Source of the DNA: Camelus dromedarius | Taxonomy: Eukaryota | DNA length: 64,000 bases | Direction: 5' to 3' | Assembly: GCF_036321535.1 (NCBI RefSeq) | Contig: NC_087462.1 | Coordinates: forward strand, 1,798,001 to 1,862,000 | Part shown: in pieces, positions 47,715 through 64,000 of the stretch | Layout: the number at the start of each line of letters is the position of its first letter | Numbering within the stretch: position 1 is the stretch's first letter | The notes under the pieces: generated by a model | Databases searched by the model: none | Seen by the model: only the letters and a program-made list of their open reading frames with translations | What the model was told of the DNA's origin: nothing | Program-made: the position numbers and the translations under genes

Positions 47715-47895
47715 GGCCCGTGGAGTCTCATCTGGTGGTTCTGCCCGCCGGGGACGCCGGACGGTGTCTGGGGACGTCTGTGGTTGTGGCGACTGGGGGT
47801 GCTCCTGGCTTTGAGTCGGGGCGGGGACGCTGCACCGCACCCCCCAGTACCCAGGACGGCCCAGCCCCAGTCGCCAGTACTGAGGGGGAGGGACC
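47715..47895 (+). mobile_element. MER20 remnant in ZNF554 intron 1 (CpG-rich)
   Basis: ggtgtctggggacgtctgtggttgtggcgactgggggtgctcctggc ... cccaggacggccc ... ccagtactgagggggagggaccctg. Confidence 0.65.
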
Positions 47896-48269
47896 CTGGC
47901 TTACACCTTAGCGTTGTGATCCTAGTGGTAAGAGATCAAGGGTCCACTCCAGTTATGGCCACACGCACCTGCTAAGGAGTAAGGAAGCATCTCGCCATTC
48001 TGTCAGTGTCCCAACCCCAAGCTCACCGACCTCTCCCCTCCCTGGGATTGATTTCCCTTTTAGCCGCCGGGAAGTCCTCATCAGGCCTTTCTTGGGGAGG
48101 AAAGATGAGTTTTAGTGTTTTGATACTGAAAGAGAAGACCCTGAACCAGGTGCCACAGGCCTGGGTGAATGAGTGTCTAACGGGATCAGTGACATCAACC
48201 ACGAGGGAGGGATCCAGTGAGCCACCCAAGGGTGGGAGAGGATTGGTCCGGAAGGGCTAGGAAGGGGCG

Positions 48270-48657
48270 GGGGGTCCTGGACTCATTGCCGTGAGCTGCA
48301 ATTTAAAGGCTCAAGAGCAGAGAGACCAAGGGGTCACAGGGTCCCGCTGCCTCTGAAAGGGGAGGGTGCTTCCTACCTCTTCCAGCCTCTGCTGGTGGCC
48401 GTTAGCCCTTGGTGGCCCCTGGCTTGCAGGTGCATCACTGCAGTGTCTGCCTCTGGGTCCCGTGGCCCTCTCCCCGTGTGTCTGTCTGTTTGAAGGACCC
48501 CAGTCATAGTGGATGTAGGGCCCGCTCTGCTCTGGTATGACCTCTTCTTAACTAATTACCGCTGCAGACATCATATTTGCAAATCAGGTCACAGTCACAG
48601 CTACTGGGGGTCAGGACTTGAACGTTTCTTTTCGGGGACATGATTGAGCCCCCAACA
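48270..48657 (-). mobile_element. MLT1 solo LTR
   Basis: ttccagcctctgctggtggcc ... aaggaccccagtcat ... gcaaatcaggtcacagtcacag ... ggggacatgattgagcccccaaca. Confidence 0.8.
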
Positions 48658-49099
48658 GTCTTATCACCAGCAGATGTTTCCCCAGGGTAAAATTATCGTG
48701 TGTCCTAGAGATGTAGCTGATGCAACTGTGAGGCTTGGCTGGGCACAGCGTTGTCACCCACTGCTCGAACCACCCAAGTTGAGTGAGTCAGAGATGCTCT
48801 CGGGAAAAGCATTTGCATCACACCTTTTCTGGTCCCTCATCTGGGGAGCTCAGTGGAAGTGGCTGTCATTTTTTTATTTTTATACTTTTGTTCTATTTTA
48901 TCTTGATTTATGCTGTTTACAAGAGAAGCTGACTGTGCATCACGTCTCCCCTGATACGTCTCATGAGCCCAGGTCCTTTTTGGTGCCTTGACATCTTTGG
49001 ATGTCTGTCCTTGCTGGCTTTTTGCCATGTACTTACACGTACATGTATCTATGTATCATGTAGATCTGTAGGTAAGTATCATGTTGGTTTCAGGTTTTG

Positions 49100-49960
49100 T
49101 TAGTTTTATTACTTTTTATAACAGGTTTATTGGGCTGTAACTCACATTCCATACAGTTCATTCATTTAAAGTATGAAATTTAATGCTTTGTAGTATTTTC
49201 ACAGAGTTTTGCAACTATTATGTCTAGCTAACTCTGGAACATTCCATCACCTCAAAGGGAAACCCCACCCCCAATAGCAATCACCCCTCCCCCAGCCCCT
49301 GACAGCCAGGAGCCCCCTCCCTGTGTCTGTGGACTGGCCTGTTCTGGACTCCTCACATCCATGGACTCACACACTGTGTGTCCTTCTGTGTCTGCTTCTC
49401 TCCCTGAGCACCGTGCTCTCAGGGCCTGTCCACGTGGTGGCGGGTGTCAGGGCTGCTCTCCTGGTCACTGCCGGATAATTTTCCATTGTGTGGATATGCC
49501 ACGTGGTCTCTATCCATTCCTCACTTGATGGGCATTTGGGTTGTTTCCACCTTTTGGCTGTTGTGGGTTTTACTGCTGTGAACATGGGCATACGGGCTGT
49601 GTGTAGATGTGTTTTTTTCAGTTCTTTGGGGGAGAGATGTAGGAGTGGAGTTGGCTCCTGTGAAAACTGTAATAATTTAAGGAACTGCCAGACTTTTTTA
49701 CGGTGGCTGCACCGTTTTCCACTACCACACGCTGTGTGTGAGGGTTTCGTTTTCTTCCCATTCTTTTTGATTCTAGCCATCCTGGTGGAGGTGAGATGCT
49801 GCCTCACTGTGGGTTTGATTTGCATTTCCCTAGTCACTGGTGACATGAGCATCGTTCCAAGTGTTTATTTGCCATTTGTGTATCATCTTTGGAGACATGT
49901 CTGTTCTTTAAATGAGCTTTTTATTTTGAAATAATTGTACATTTACAGAAGAGTTGCCAG
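49100..49960 (-). mobile_element. Old L1M (ORF2 C-terminus plus 3'UTR) with embedded GC-shifted module at 49291-49470
   Basis: ORF 49367..49852(-) translates L1 ORF2-like WKQPKCPS..EW...W.IHTMENY. AT-rich L1 sequence flanks a GC-rich patch. Confidence 0.85.
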
Positions 49961-50057
49961 AATGGAATGGAAAGTTGCCATGTACTTTCACACAGCTTCT
50001 CCTCAGCCAGTGTTCTCAGTTTTTGTTTTCTTTTTACTATTTTTTTAAAACCTTCAA

Positions 50058-50460
50058 TTTTTTTAAATTGAGGTATAGTCAGTTTACAATGTTGTGTCAG
50101 TTTCTGGTGTGTACAGCATGTTTCAGTCATACGTACACATACATGTATTTCTTTTCATTATAGGTGACCACAAGATACTGACTATAGATCCCTGTGCTGT
50201 ACAGAAGAAACTTGTTGTTTATCTGTTTTATGAATAGTAGTCAGTATCTGCAAACCTCGAACTCCCAATTTATCCCTTCCTACCCGTTTACCCCCTGGTA
50301 ACCATAAGATTGCTCTGTCTGGGAGTCTGTTTCTGTTTTGTAAATGAGTTCATTTGTGTCCTTTTTTTAGATTACACCTATAAATGATATCATCTGGTAT
50401 TTTTCTTTCTGTTTCTGGCTTACTTCACTTAGAATGATGATCTCCAGGTCCATTCATGTA
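50058..50460 (-). mobile_element. Younger L1 3' end
   Basis: ttttaaattgaggtatagtcagtttacaatgttgtg ... ctggcttacttcacttagaatgatgatctccaggtccattcatgt; same family as 3150-3994. Confidence 0.88.
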
Positions 50461-51025
50461 AAACTTTACATTTTTAATGAATTATAGACTCAGGAGAAGT
50501 TGCAAAGACACGGCAGAGTCCCACGTGCCCGCCTCCCACCCCCCACGGTGGCAGCTCCTATAACAATGGAAACCGGCGGGGACTCTCCCTGAAGTGACTT
50601 AGCAGCGTTTTTCCAAAACACAATGTAAAGACGAACTTGAGAGCCCAAAAGTCAAGGCATATTTGGGATGAGAGCTCAAAGGGGCTTGACTAACGCGTGC
50701 TCAAGGACAAAGTCCTGTCACCGTGCAGGGTTCCAGAATCGGCACAGCCCAGATCCCCCCGGAACTCTCTCCCTGGAAGGAAGGGGAGCCCCTAGGTATC
50801 GGGGGGGCTCAGGTTTCCCCATGGGCCTTCAGGGCCACGTGCTGCTGCTGCTTGTAAGGTGGGAGAGGCCCATCTGGATCCTCCCCACTACAGCACCCAG
50901 CAGTTGGGCAGAAGAGTCCAGGGGAGAAGGAGCCGGCCGTGGGGAGAGAGGAAGCTCACTGATGCAGGGGTGGGGGCACTTCCAGGGATCTGAACCGAGC
51001 CTTCCTGGTTGTGGGTCTGGGACGT

Positions 51026-51432
51026 TGTACTGGGGTTGAATTGTGTCCCCCCCAAAATTCACGTTGCCACCTGGAAACTCTGAATGTGACCCTATTCAGA
51101 AAGAGTCTTTGTAGATCTGAGTGGTTAAGATGAGGTCATACTGGAGCCGGGGTCAGGGGGATCCCTAATCCAGTGACTGATGTCCTGATTAGAAGAGGAA
51201 AGAGACACACAGAAAAGACGGCCACTTGAAGGGGAGGCAGAGTGATGGGGCCACAAGCTGAGGGTGCCTGGAGCCCCCACAAGCTGGAAGAAGCAGGACT
51301 CCAGGGGGACTTGGCCCTGTCACCCCTTGATCTCGGACTTCCGGCCTCTAGAACTGGGAGAAAATTAATTTCTGTTGTTCTAAGCCCCTAGTATGTGGTC
51401 ATTTGTTACAGCCGCCCCAGGACGCTGATACA
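51026..51432 (+). mobile_element. Full-length MLT1 solo LTR
   Basis: TG...CA ends: tgtactggggttgaattgtgtccccc ... gacttccggcctctagaactgggag ... tttgttacagccgccccaggacgctgataca. Confidence 0.85.
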
Positions 51433-51680
51433 GGGTGCTTCACCATAGAACTTGTGTGCTTCCAAGACCCTCAGTATCTTCATCTACAAATGGAACCATT
51501 AAGACCCCGGCCTCTTCTGGCTTCCGAGGACCATCCTCTGGGCGGGGGAGGTCATGTCAAGTTGGGAGGGGATTCTGGGATTTGGGGACAGGCTGGATCT
51601 GGTCCTCACTCTGTCTTTGTGTCCCCACCCCCCCGCAGCCCCGCCTGCCCAGTAGCCTGCTTCGTTCCCAGGAGGAGAGG

Positions 51681-57341
<5,661 letters not shown>

Positions 57342-58164
57342 AGCTTGCCTGCTGCCTTGTGAAGTACTTAGCGCTCTCCCACGTAAGTATGTTCAGACTT
57401 TCCCCAGTGACGTACTGCTTGAGAAGAAGCAGGCTTATGCCACACTCTTGAAGGAAAGCCCTGAGGTCCGGAGCTATAAAGGGACCTTTTAATGGGGAGA
57501 AATTGCCATTGAGCTAAACCCAATGAGCTCAGCCCTCTTGGAAGAGATTGGTAAATGGGTAAACGCTAACAAGGATTGAGATTTTGCTGAGATTTTCCAC
57601 ATTAATTTAGTGATTCAGACAAAGGTATTCTGTTTCAACTTTTTGTTTCAAGAATCTGTTGAATATCTGTTCAGTATGTTCAATAATATTTTGCTCAGTC
57701 ATTCTGCCCCTGTTGGTCACTTGGCTAAGTCCTGACTTGTCTCACGCACCACCATGGCAATGCAGAGCATGTGCTGAGATAAAAAGTGCTTTGGCTGCAA
57801 AGAGAAAAGTAGAGAGTGCAAAATATGTGTAATTGTATCCAGTGAAGTCAAAATACATACATACATACATGGGAAGAAGCTGGATGGGGATGTGAGAAAT
57901 GACCGTGTTTACCTTGTCAGGGTCTTCTGGTGATGTGTGATTTTTTTCTGCCTTTTGTCATTTTGTTTGGTATTGCATTTCGACCACAAGTAAAAAACAA
58001 ATGACCCCCAAGGGCTATCGAGTGTCATTGATCAGTTGGGGAGAATTGTGGATACCAGGGTGTGGCAAGGAGACAGCACAGTAGGTCTCAGCACGTGGAG
58101 AGGTGAAGTGACCTTCGGCGGCCTGGGGAGAGTCCCAGTGCTGAGGGTACTTGCCAGAGTAGAG

Positions 58165-58385
58165 ACCAAAGTGTGGATGTACATCGTACTCATTAATGTG
58201 TATTGGGTGTTGACTGTGTTCCCGGCACCACTCTAGCACCTGTGTGTGTTTCCTCATTTCACCTTCTCAGCAGCCCTGTGAAATAGCAGCCACTCAGGTC
58301 CCCACATTGCAGAAGTGGAAAGAGAAGTAAGGTATCTTGCCCGAAGTCACCCAACTAGAAAGTCGTGGGATCTTGATTGGAACTT
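58165..58385 (-). mobile_element. MIR remnant
   Basis: tattgggtgttgactgtgttcccggcacc ... cccacattgcagaagtggaa ... ttgcccgaagtcacccaactagaaagt. Confidence 0.65.
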
Positions 58386-59349
58386 GAGCAACCCATGCCA
58401 GGCCAAGGCCGTGTTTGCAAGGAGGGATACAAGGGAGCTGGGTTTTCCAGATCACCCCTTAAAAGTCACCAAACTCTCGTGGGAGCCTTCCCCCTTTCCT
58501 GGAGCTAGTGAGAGAGGTTGCCTGTCAGAGCTCATCTCACCTGAGTTGGACCTGATGATGTGAATACCTTTGCCTTTCTGTAGAGGTCCCCCAGCTGGGG
58601 TCTGTGTGGACTGACTCGGTTGATGGGTACGTTTAAGGGCTGTGTGAACAACCATGAGCTGGATGCAAAATGTGTTTGGGGGCATACACGTATTTTCTGG
58701 GGAAGCATCTCTAGGCTTCATCATATTCTTAGGAACCCTTGGATTAGAGATGTCTTAAGTGCACTACTTTCCAGTTTTCAGTCTTAATCACCTCCTCCCT
58801 CCCTCCAACAATTATTTATAGAAACCCTGAATTCTTTGTTTTGCCAGGTGGCTGTGGATAAGACAGAGAAGGTGTCTGCCTTCGCTAAAGATAATGTCCC
58901 GTGGTCAGGAAATAGGATAGCTTCATGAAGGGCATTGGATTTGTGTAGACACCCAAGGCTCCAGCCTCGGAAATGTCCTGTGATTGGTTTAATACTCTGC
59001 AGTACCTGTCTTCACATTCTCAATCACTTTGAACAACACCCCCCCCCCCATTTTAATTTTGCAGTGAGCCCTGCATGTTACGTAGCCAGTCCTGTGAGGG
59101 CTTGAGGGCCAGGGACAGATGTTACTCAGGTAGGGCCTTTCTGAGGACCTGATATTTCATTTGAGAGGTGAGTCATTGGAGGATCCAAGGTGAGGAATTT
59201 AGCCAGAGGACAGCCTCTGCTAGCTTTGTGTTCACATTTGGTTTTATGATCATTTAAAAAAATGTTTACAATTTGTGTTTTGATTTCTCTGACTCAAAAG
59301 TATTCTTTACACTTCTGGGGGTTTAAATGTCCTTTCCTCACTCTTTAAA

Positions 59350-59660
59350 AACAAATTCTTTTTCTTGTCTTATTGCACTGGCTCTGTCCCGCAGCAGTGT
59401 TGAGTAGGAATGCTGAGAGCAGACCTCCTTACTCTGACCCGGACCTTAAGGTTAAAGCATTCAGTCTCACACCATGGAGTACGATGTTCACTGCAGGGTT
59501 TCATAGATGCCTTTCATCAGGGTTCATTTATGAAGCTTCTGCTTTTATTATGCTGTGCTCTGAGAACTGAGTCTCTGAAATTTATTGAGACTTGCTGTGT
59601 GGTTTACTGCGTGGTTGAGTTTTATAAGTATTTCGCAGATCTTAAGAAGAAGCTGAATTC
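59350..59660 (-). mobile_element. Old L1 fragment
   Basis: tcttattgcactggc ... gttgagtaggaatgctgagagcagac ... gcagggtttcatagatgcctttcatcagg. Confidence 0.6.
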
Positions 59661-59711
59661 TCTGCTTTTATGATTTGGAACCTGACCTGTCTATTCCATC
59701 AACCTTATTAA

Positions 59712-59850
59712 CCAGTGGTTCTCAAATTTCTTGTCTGGGGGTTCAGACTTAGTAAGTGGGAGCTGGAGCCCATTAATACGCATTTTTAAGTAACTCACCA
59801 GGTGGCTGCACTGATGCCCCATCTCTTTCAGTCCCACTTTGAGAAACTGC
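59712..59850. mobile_element. MER5-type (hAT-Charlie) MITE remnant
   Basis: Terminal inverted repeats cagtggttctcaaa ... tttgagaaactg. Confidence 0.65.
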
Positions 59851-60094
59851 CGACCCTTTACTGTCCTCAGTTTGTTGACTAAGACAATGGGCTCAAGAGA
59901 ACTGTTACCATTTCCTGTTGTGCTTAATCTCCCTCAGGGCTTACTGTCCACTGTTTCTGCTTCACCTTTTTTGTTGTTTCTGTTTTGTTGTGTTTTCTTT
60001 TATTTGGGGTAAATAATTCATGGCAGGTCTTCATTGTGAATTATACCCTTTGTCATTTTGAAGTGATCTCTTTGTCTGCTTTAATTAATAGCAC

Positions 60095-60255
60095 AGACGG
60101 CTCTCTCTGACTCTGACCCTCCCGCCTCCCTCTGATAAGGACCCTCTGATGACACTGCCATCCCTTAACTTCACCCTACCTGCAAAGTCCCTCTGCCTGC
60201 AGGGCCTGGTGCTTAGGATGTGGATATCTTTGGGGGCCTTTATTCTGCTGATCAC
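60095..60255 (-). mobile_element. MLT1 LTR fragment
   Basis: ctgactctgaccctcccgcctccctctgataaggaccc ... ttaggatgtggatatctttgggggcc. Confidence 0.65.
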
Positions 60256-61149
60256 AGCTACCCTTTGATATTTGCTTTGTGATGTGGGTCAAAATGCTGC
60301 AAACCGCTTTTCTACTTTGCCAGCAGCTTCGGCTAGTGGCAGGGAGGATGGAAGGCGGGAAGAGGGAGAAGAATTTGCTCCTCACTGTCCCTCTCAGGCC
60401 TTGTGGATTTGAGAACGTCTTTGTTACCTCTATGCGGGAATAACCTCCCAGCGTGGTTCAAGTATCTCGACTCACACCTCCCTTCCCTCGGATCGCCGTG
60501 CTTGTTACTCTTCTCTCCTGCGGCTGTGGATGTTTGGGGAAGAATTCAGAAGCCAGCCTCATTTTTCACCTTAATAGATGAAATGGCACATCCTTTGTGT
60601 GTGATGCGCAGGGAGTATATCTCTGAACACATTATGGCAAACAGACAGGAGTGCTCCAGGTCTAGGCCAGGACCCAGTCTTAGGGCAGGCTTCTAAACTC
60701 CATGCTGATTTATTATTGATCCATATTTTAAAAGCACATATTTTTATTTTTAATAGGTTATAAATCCAAAGAGTCATTTATTTTTGCCTTGAACTTTTTA
60801 ATATATTATATTTCTAAACACTGTTTATGAAAACATCTAAAATCTTTCTGGAAACCACAAAAAAGGAATTTTTAAAACAAAATGAAATGTGATAGAATTT
60901 GGGCATCCACTCAGTGTCAAATGAGAGCATGCTTTCTAAAAGAAGCAGGCATATTAAATGCATTAGGGGCTTAGCCCCCTTCCATTAAGTGTATTCAGAG
61001 TCTTCAGGTCCATCCCAAATTTATATAAGCTTTTGTCGTCGTTTTTTATCAGCTAACGTGGGAATTCAATTGCCTCAGGGATATCATAGCCTTTGAAAAA
61101 ATAAAACCTTTAAAAAAATACTGTGCAGGCCCCATGTGCTCAGTATTTC

Positions 61150-61385
61150 TTGATTGAGTGAAAAAAAATATTGTGACAGAATATACATAACACGAATTTT
61201 ACCTTCTTAACCATTTAAAAACGTACAGTTCCGTGATATTAAGTACATTCACACTGTTCCGCAGTATGAGAACCTTTTCATTTTCAGAATTCTCTGGGGA
61301 TAGACTAAAAACCTAATCAGACATGAATTTCCCCGCTTGTAAAATGCACACCTGGGAACTGTGGCATCGCACCCCTGTAGCTGTG
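61150..61385 (-). mobile_element. Old L1M 3' end
   Basis: tattgtgacagaatatacataacacgaattttaccttcttaaccattt ... tattaagtacattcacactgtt. Confidence 0.7.
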
Positions 61386-61399
61386 CTGAGACCAGTTCT

Positions 61400-62480
61400 G
61401 CACGGAGGCTGGGGCCTCGGGGTCCGACTTCCCACGGGGTCAAAGGTCCCGGGGCTCGCTGGCCTCAAACCCCAGAGGCAGGGGCGGGGCCTCCCGGTGT
61501 CAAAGGTCACACGTCAAACTCGAGCCAGACCCTGACTTGAAGAGTGTGACGTCACTGTGCGTCTTTGTTGTTAAACAAAGGGCACGTTTTCACGGTGACC
61601 TCGCCCCCGGGCAGACCCCTGACCCCGGAAGTCGCTAGACACCCCTACCCCCGTCCCGTTGCTTCCAGTCCCGGCACCGGACAGGGGACGCTCCTCCGGG
61701 AAACTGAGTCAGGCCCACGAGGAGGACGAGGAAGGGCCGCCGAGCTGAGGGCGGGCGCCGGGTCATTCCCGCCGGGTGCGGGTTCTGCTCGGAGCCCAAG
61801 TCTGGGGCGGGCGGGTCAGCTACGTGAGTCCCAGAGGCCTGTCACTCAATAATAGGGGCGAACATGTGAGGACTGTCCAATCAGAAGACAGGGGCGGGGT
61901 CCGGGGAACAATCAGGCACGCAGGGGCGGGGTCCGGAGAACTGTCCAATCAGGGGCGCCAGGGTCGGGTCTCTGGAAACCGCCCATTCAGGGGCTCGTGC
62001 AGTAGGAATGCCTTCAGCGCTGTCAAGTCAGGGCGGCCGGGCGCGGAGCATCCTCCAATCAGGATCTCGTTGGAAGGGAGTGCCAGGAGCAAGGTCCAAT
62101 CAGGGCCGGGGGTTGACGCTCTCCAGCCCCAGTGCGCGTCGTTCCCCGCAGGCCGTGGCGCTCGTGCGCACCTGCCCCGCGGGGCCCTGGGTGTCTGGTC
62201 TCTGTCGCTCTCAGCTGCCCGGGCCACGGGTAGGACGGTGCGAGAGCCTGGAGCGGCGCGGAGATGGTGAGTGCGCGGGGCCGGGGCCTGAGACCGAGAG
62301 GGGCTGGCTGGAACCGGTCGGAACCGGCTGAAAGCGGTCGCGGGGTGGGGTCCCGGCTTGTGGGTCCGGCGTCTCAGGACTGCCTGCGTGACCCAGGTGG
62401 GCACAGCTGCCCTCCGCCGGGGGGGCCGGGGATATTAGTCCCTGGTCGGCTCCTCCTGGCGGCAGCCTGGGGGAGGGGGG
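61400..62480 (+). promoter_or_regulatory. CpG-island promoter of the next KRAB-ZNF gene
   Basis: Two DR1 elements (61437-61449, 61497-61509); CRE GTGACGTCAC at 61546-61555; ETS CCGGAAGT at 61625-61632; CCAAT boxes at 61877, 61945, 62055, 62096; GGGGCGGGG at 61891 and 61923. Confidence 0.85.
62130..62266 (+). CDS. First exon of a KRAB-ZNF contributing only the ATG (ZNF555/ZNF57/ZNF77/ZNF556 type)
   Basis: gcggagATG|gtgagt (ATG 62264-62266). ATG-only first exons are typical of this cluster and the position after ZNF554 fits ZNF555, but the paralogue cannot be fixed without downstream exons. The 5' boundary is approximate. Confidence 0.7.
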
Positions 62481-63911
62481 CCCCGGAGACCTGCTTAGGG
62501 GCCCTGTGCTGGGAGGGGCTCCCGGTAGGGCCTCTGTCCTTTGTGACCCCAACCCCAGTTCTCATCCCCTGGAGGACTCTCGTCAGCTGACCGACTCCGG
62601 TATTGAAGGGAAAAGACAGAAATGATTCCTGTCCCCTGAGTTCTCCCGGAGAAGGGGGAAAAACTAACCCAAAGGTCAAGGAAAGGCCACCCATGAGGTG
62701 GGGGCAGTACCCAAGGTCCCGCAAGAAGAATGCATCGGCAACACAGCGGGGACACAGCCGGCGTCCTTTGTTCTGGGAGCCCTTCAGTGAGCAGTGGCGG
62801 TGGGCGCCCCGCGTGGCAGCGTGGCTGCTCTTGGCCCTTGAGTCCTCTGTGCCTGTTCCGATTCAGCGCTGCCCCTCCCTGGGCTTGTCGCCTTGGAAAG
62901 ATGTATTCAGTTACTGGAACCTCAGATTTTCAGCAATTGTAAAATACATTTAATTAATACAGCAGGAAGCATAAAATAAAATATTTTCAAAGGGGTGAAT
63001 TTCAGGAAGAAATAAAAGAAAAAAAGAAAATGTCTTACATCCCATTTGTTAAACATTCTTTTTCATCTCCAGTTTGTAGTAAGTATCTCAGGTCTGTTCT
63101 TTAGAGTGGTAACAAGTGGAATTCCAAGGCTTAGCCTCCCAAGTCCTCCTGAGGAAAAGAATGTCCGGGAAGCAGAAGACACCCCCCCCTTCCTGTGCGG
63201 CTGCGGAGAAGCGAATACCCATAGCACAGTGGTGAAATTGGCGCATTTTAAAGATCCCCCCAAATACCAGTTATTTAACTTGTGACAACAATAATGCTGT
63301 TGTTTCTTACGGTCGACAAGGCACTTTGTTTAAATCTGCAATAAGTTGATTACTGCCCATGGATGAGGTGGGAATGCAAGCTGCTTCCTCAGATACCAGT
63401 TTGTTCTGTGCCCTGTATTGAAGCCTCTGTCGTTTCTGCCGGGCTTGGAGTGGCTGCCCTGTCCTGAATCGGGTCTCCCCGTGGACACAGGCCTGTGTCG
63501 GGCTCCGTGCCTTTCCAGACCCAGCTGTCCCTGCTCTGCCAAGCCCGTCGTGTTGGGAGTGCTACTGCTTTAAAGTCCTTGCTCCCGCCTGGCTCTTCAG
63601 AATATTTTGGCTGTTTTTGGACATTTGTTCTTATTAGGTTTGCAAAGTATTTTACAAAGACTCGAGGCCTGTCTTGGGAGGGTGGGGAATTGATGTCTTG
63701 GTAACACTGAGTTATTTTAAAGAATATGTGCCATCTTTTCATTTATTTCATTTTGCTTTGTTATTATCCTGAATGTTTAAAAAATTTTCTAGTAGGTTCT
63801 TTGTATAGCCTTAATTAAACCAATTTTTGTAAGAGTTAAATTAGGTTTTTACCATGGTATCTGTTATATTTTTAAAGTGAACTTTCTTTTTTTTTTTTAA
63901 AACATTTTGAT

Positions 63912-64000
63912 AGTTTTTTTTTTGGCGGGTGGGGGAGGTAATTAGGTTTATTTATTTATTAATTTTAATGGGGGTACCGGGGATTGAACCTAGGACCTTG
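63912..64000 (-). mobile_element. tRNA-Ala-derived SINE, cut by the window end
   Basis: gggggaggtaattaggtttatttatttatt ... ggggattgaacctaggaccttg; same tail as 1850-2022. Confidence 0.85.

Noticed and set aside
49367-49852. 161-aa ORF with L1 ORF2-like motifs (also 54506-54796)
   Set aside because: Decayed L1 ORF2 C-terminal remnant, 5'-truncated and without RT or endonuclease domains. Not a gene.

Overview
Mammalian genomic DNA, GC-rich and repeat-rich, most likely from a camelid (alpaca/llama/camel). The basis is six copies of a tRNA-Ala-derived SINE resembling the camelid vic-1 family, plus a pig-like THOP1 protein. Gene order matches the block I recall at human 19p13.3: probable SLC39A3 5' end (-), complete SGTA (-, 10 coding exons, 942 nt, 313 aa), complete THOP1 (+, 13 exons, 2064 nt, 687 aa, with a 148-N gap inside exon 8), complete ZNF554 (+, KRAB plus 7 intact C2H2 fingers, 513 aa from the exon-2 Met), and the promoter and ATG-only first exon of the next KRAB-ZNF (ZNF555/ZNF57/ZNF77 type). 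All exon boundaries were read by hand and the phases sum correctly. Most other ORFs in the track are antisense shadows, L1 remnants or GC-rich noise. There are no CRISPR arrays, rRNA genes or true tRNA genes. I did not find a new protein-coding system. Best leads: (1) old L1M 3' ends share a near-identical GC-shifted module across at least five dispersed copies; (2) a 33-bp tandem duplication of the SGTA exon-11 splice donor with one copy inactivated; (3) a ZNF554 KRAB-A exon with MLE changed to MQE and a ZNF77/555-like 3' half; (4) a length-conserved but CpG-rich ZNF554 exon 4; (5) a GC-AG intron in THOP1; (6) a periodic CCAAT/GC-box array at the last promoter. Orthologue comparisons and repeat family names are from memory, not database searches, and repeat boundaries are approximate.
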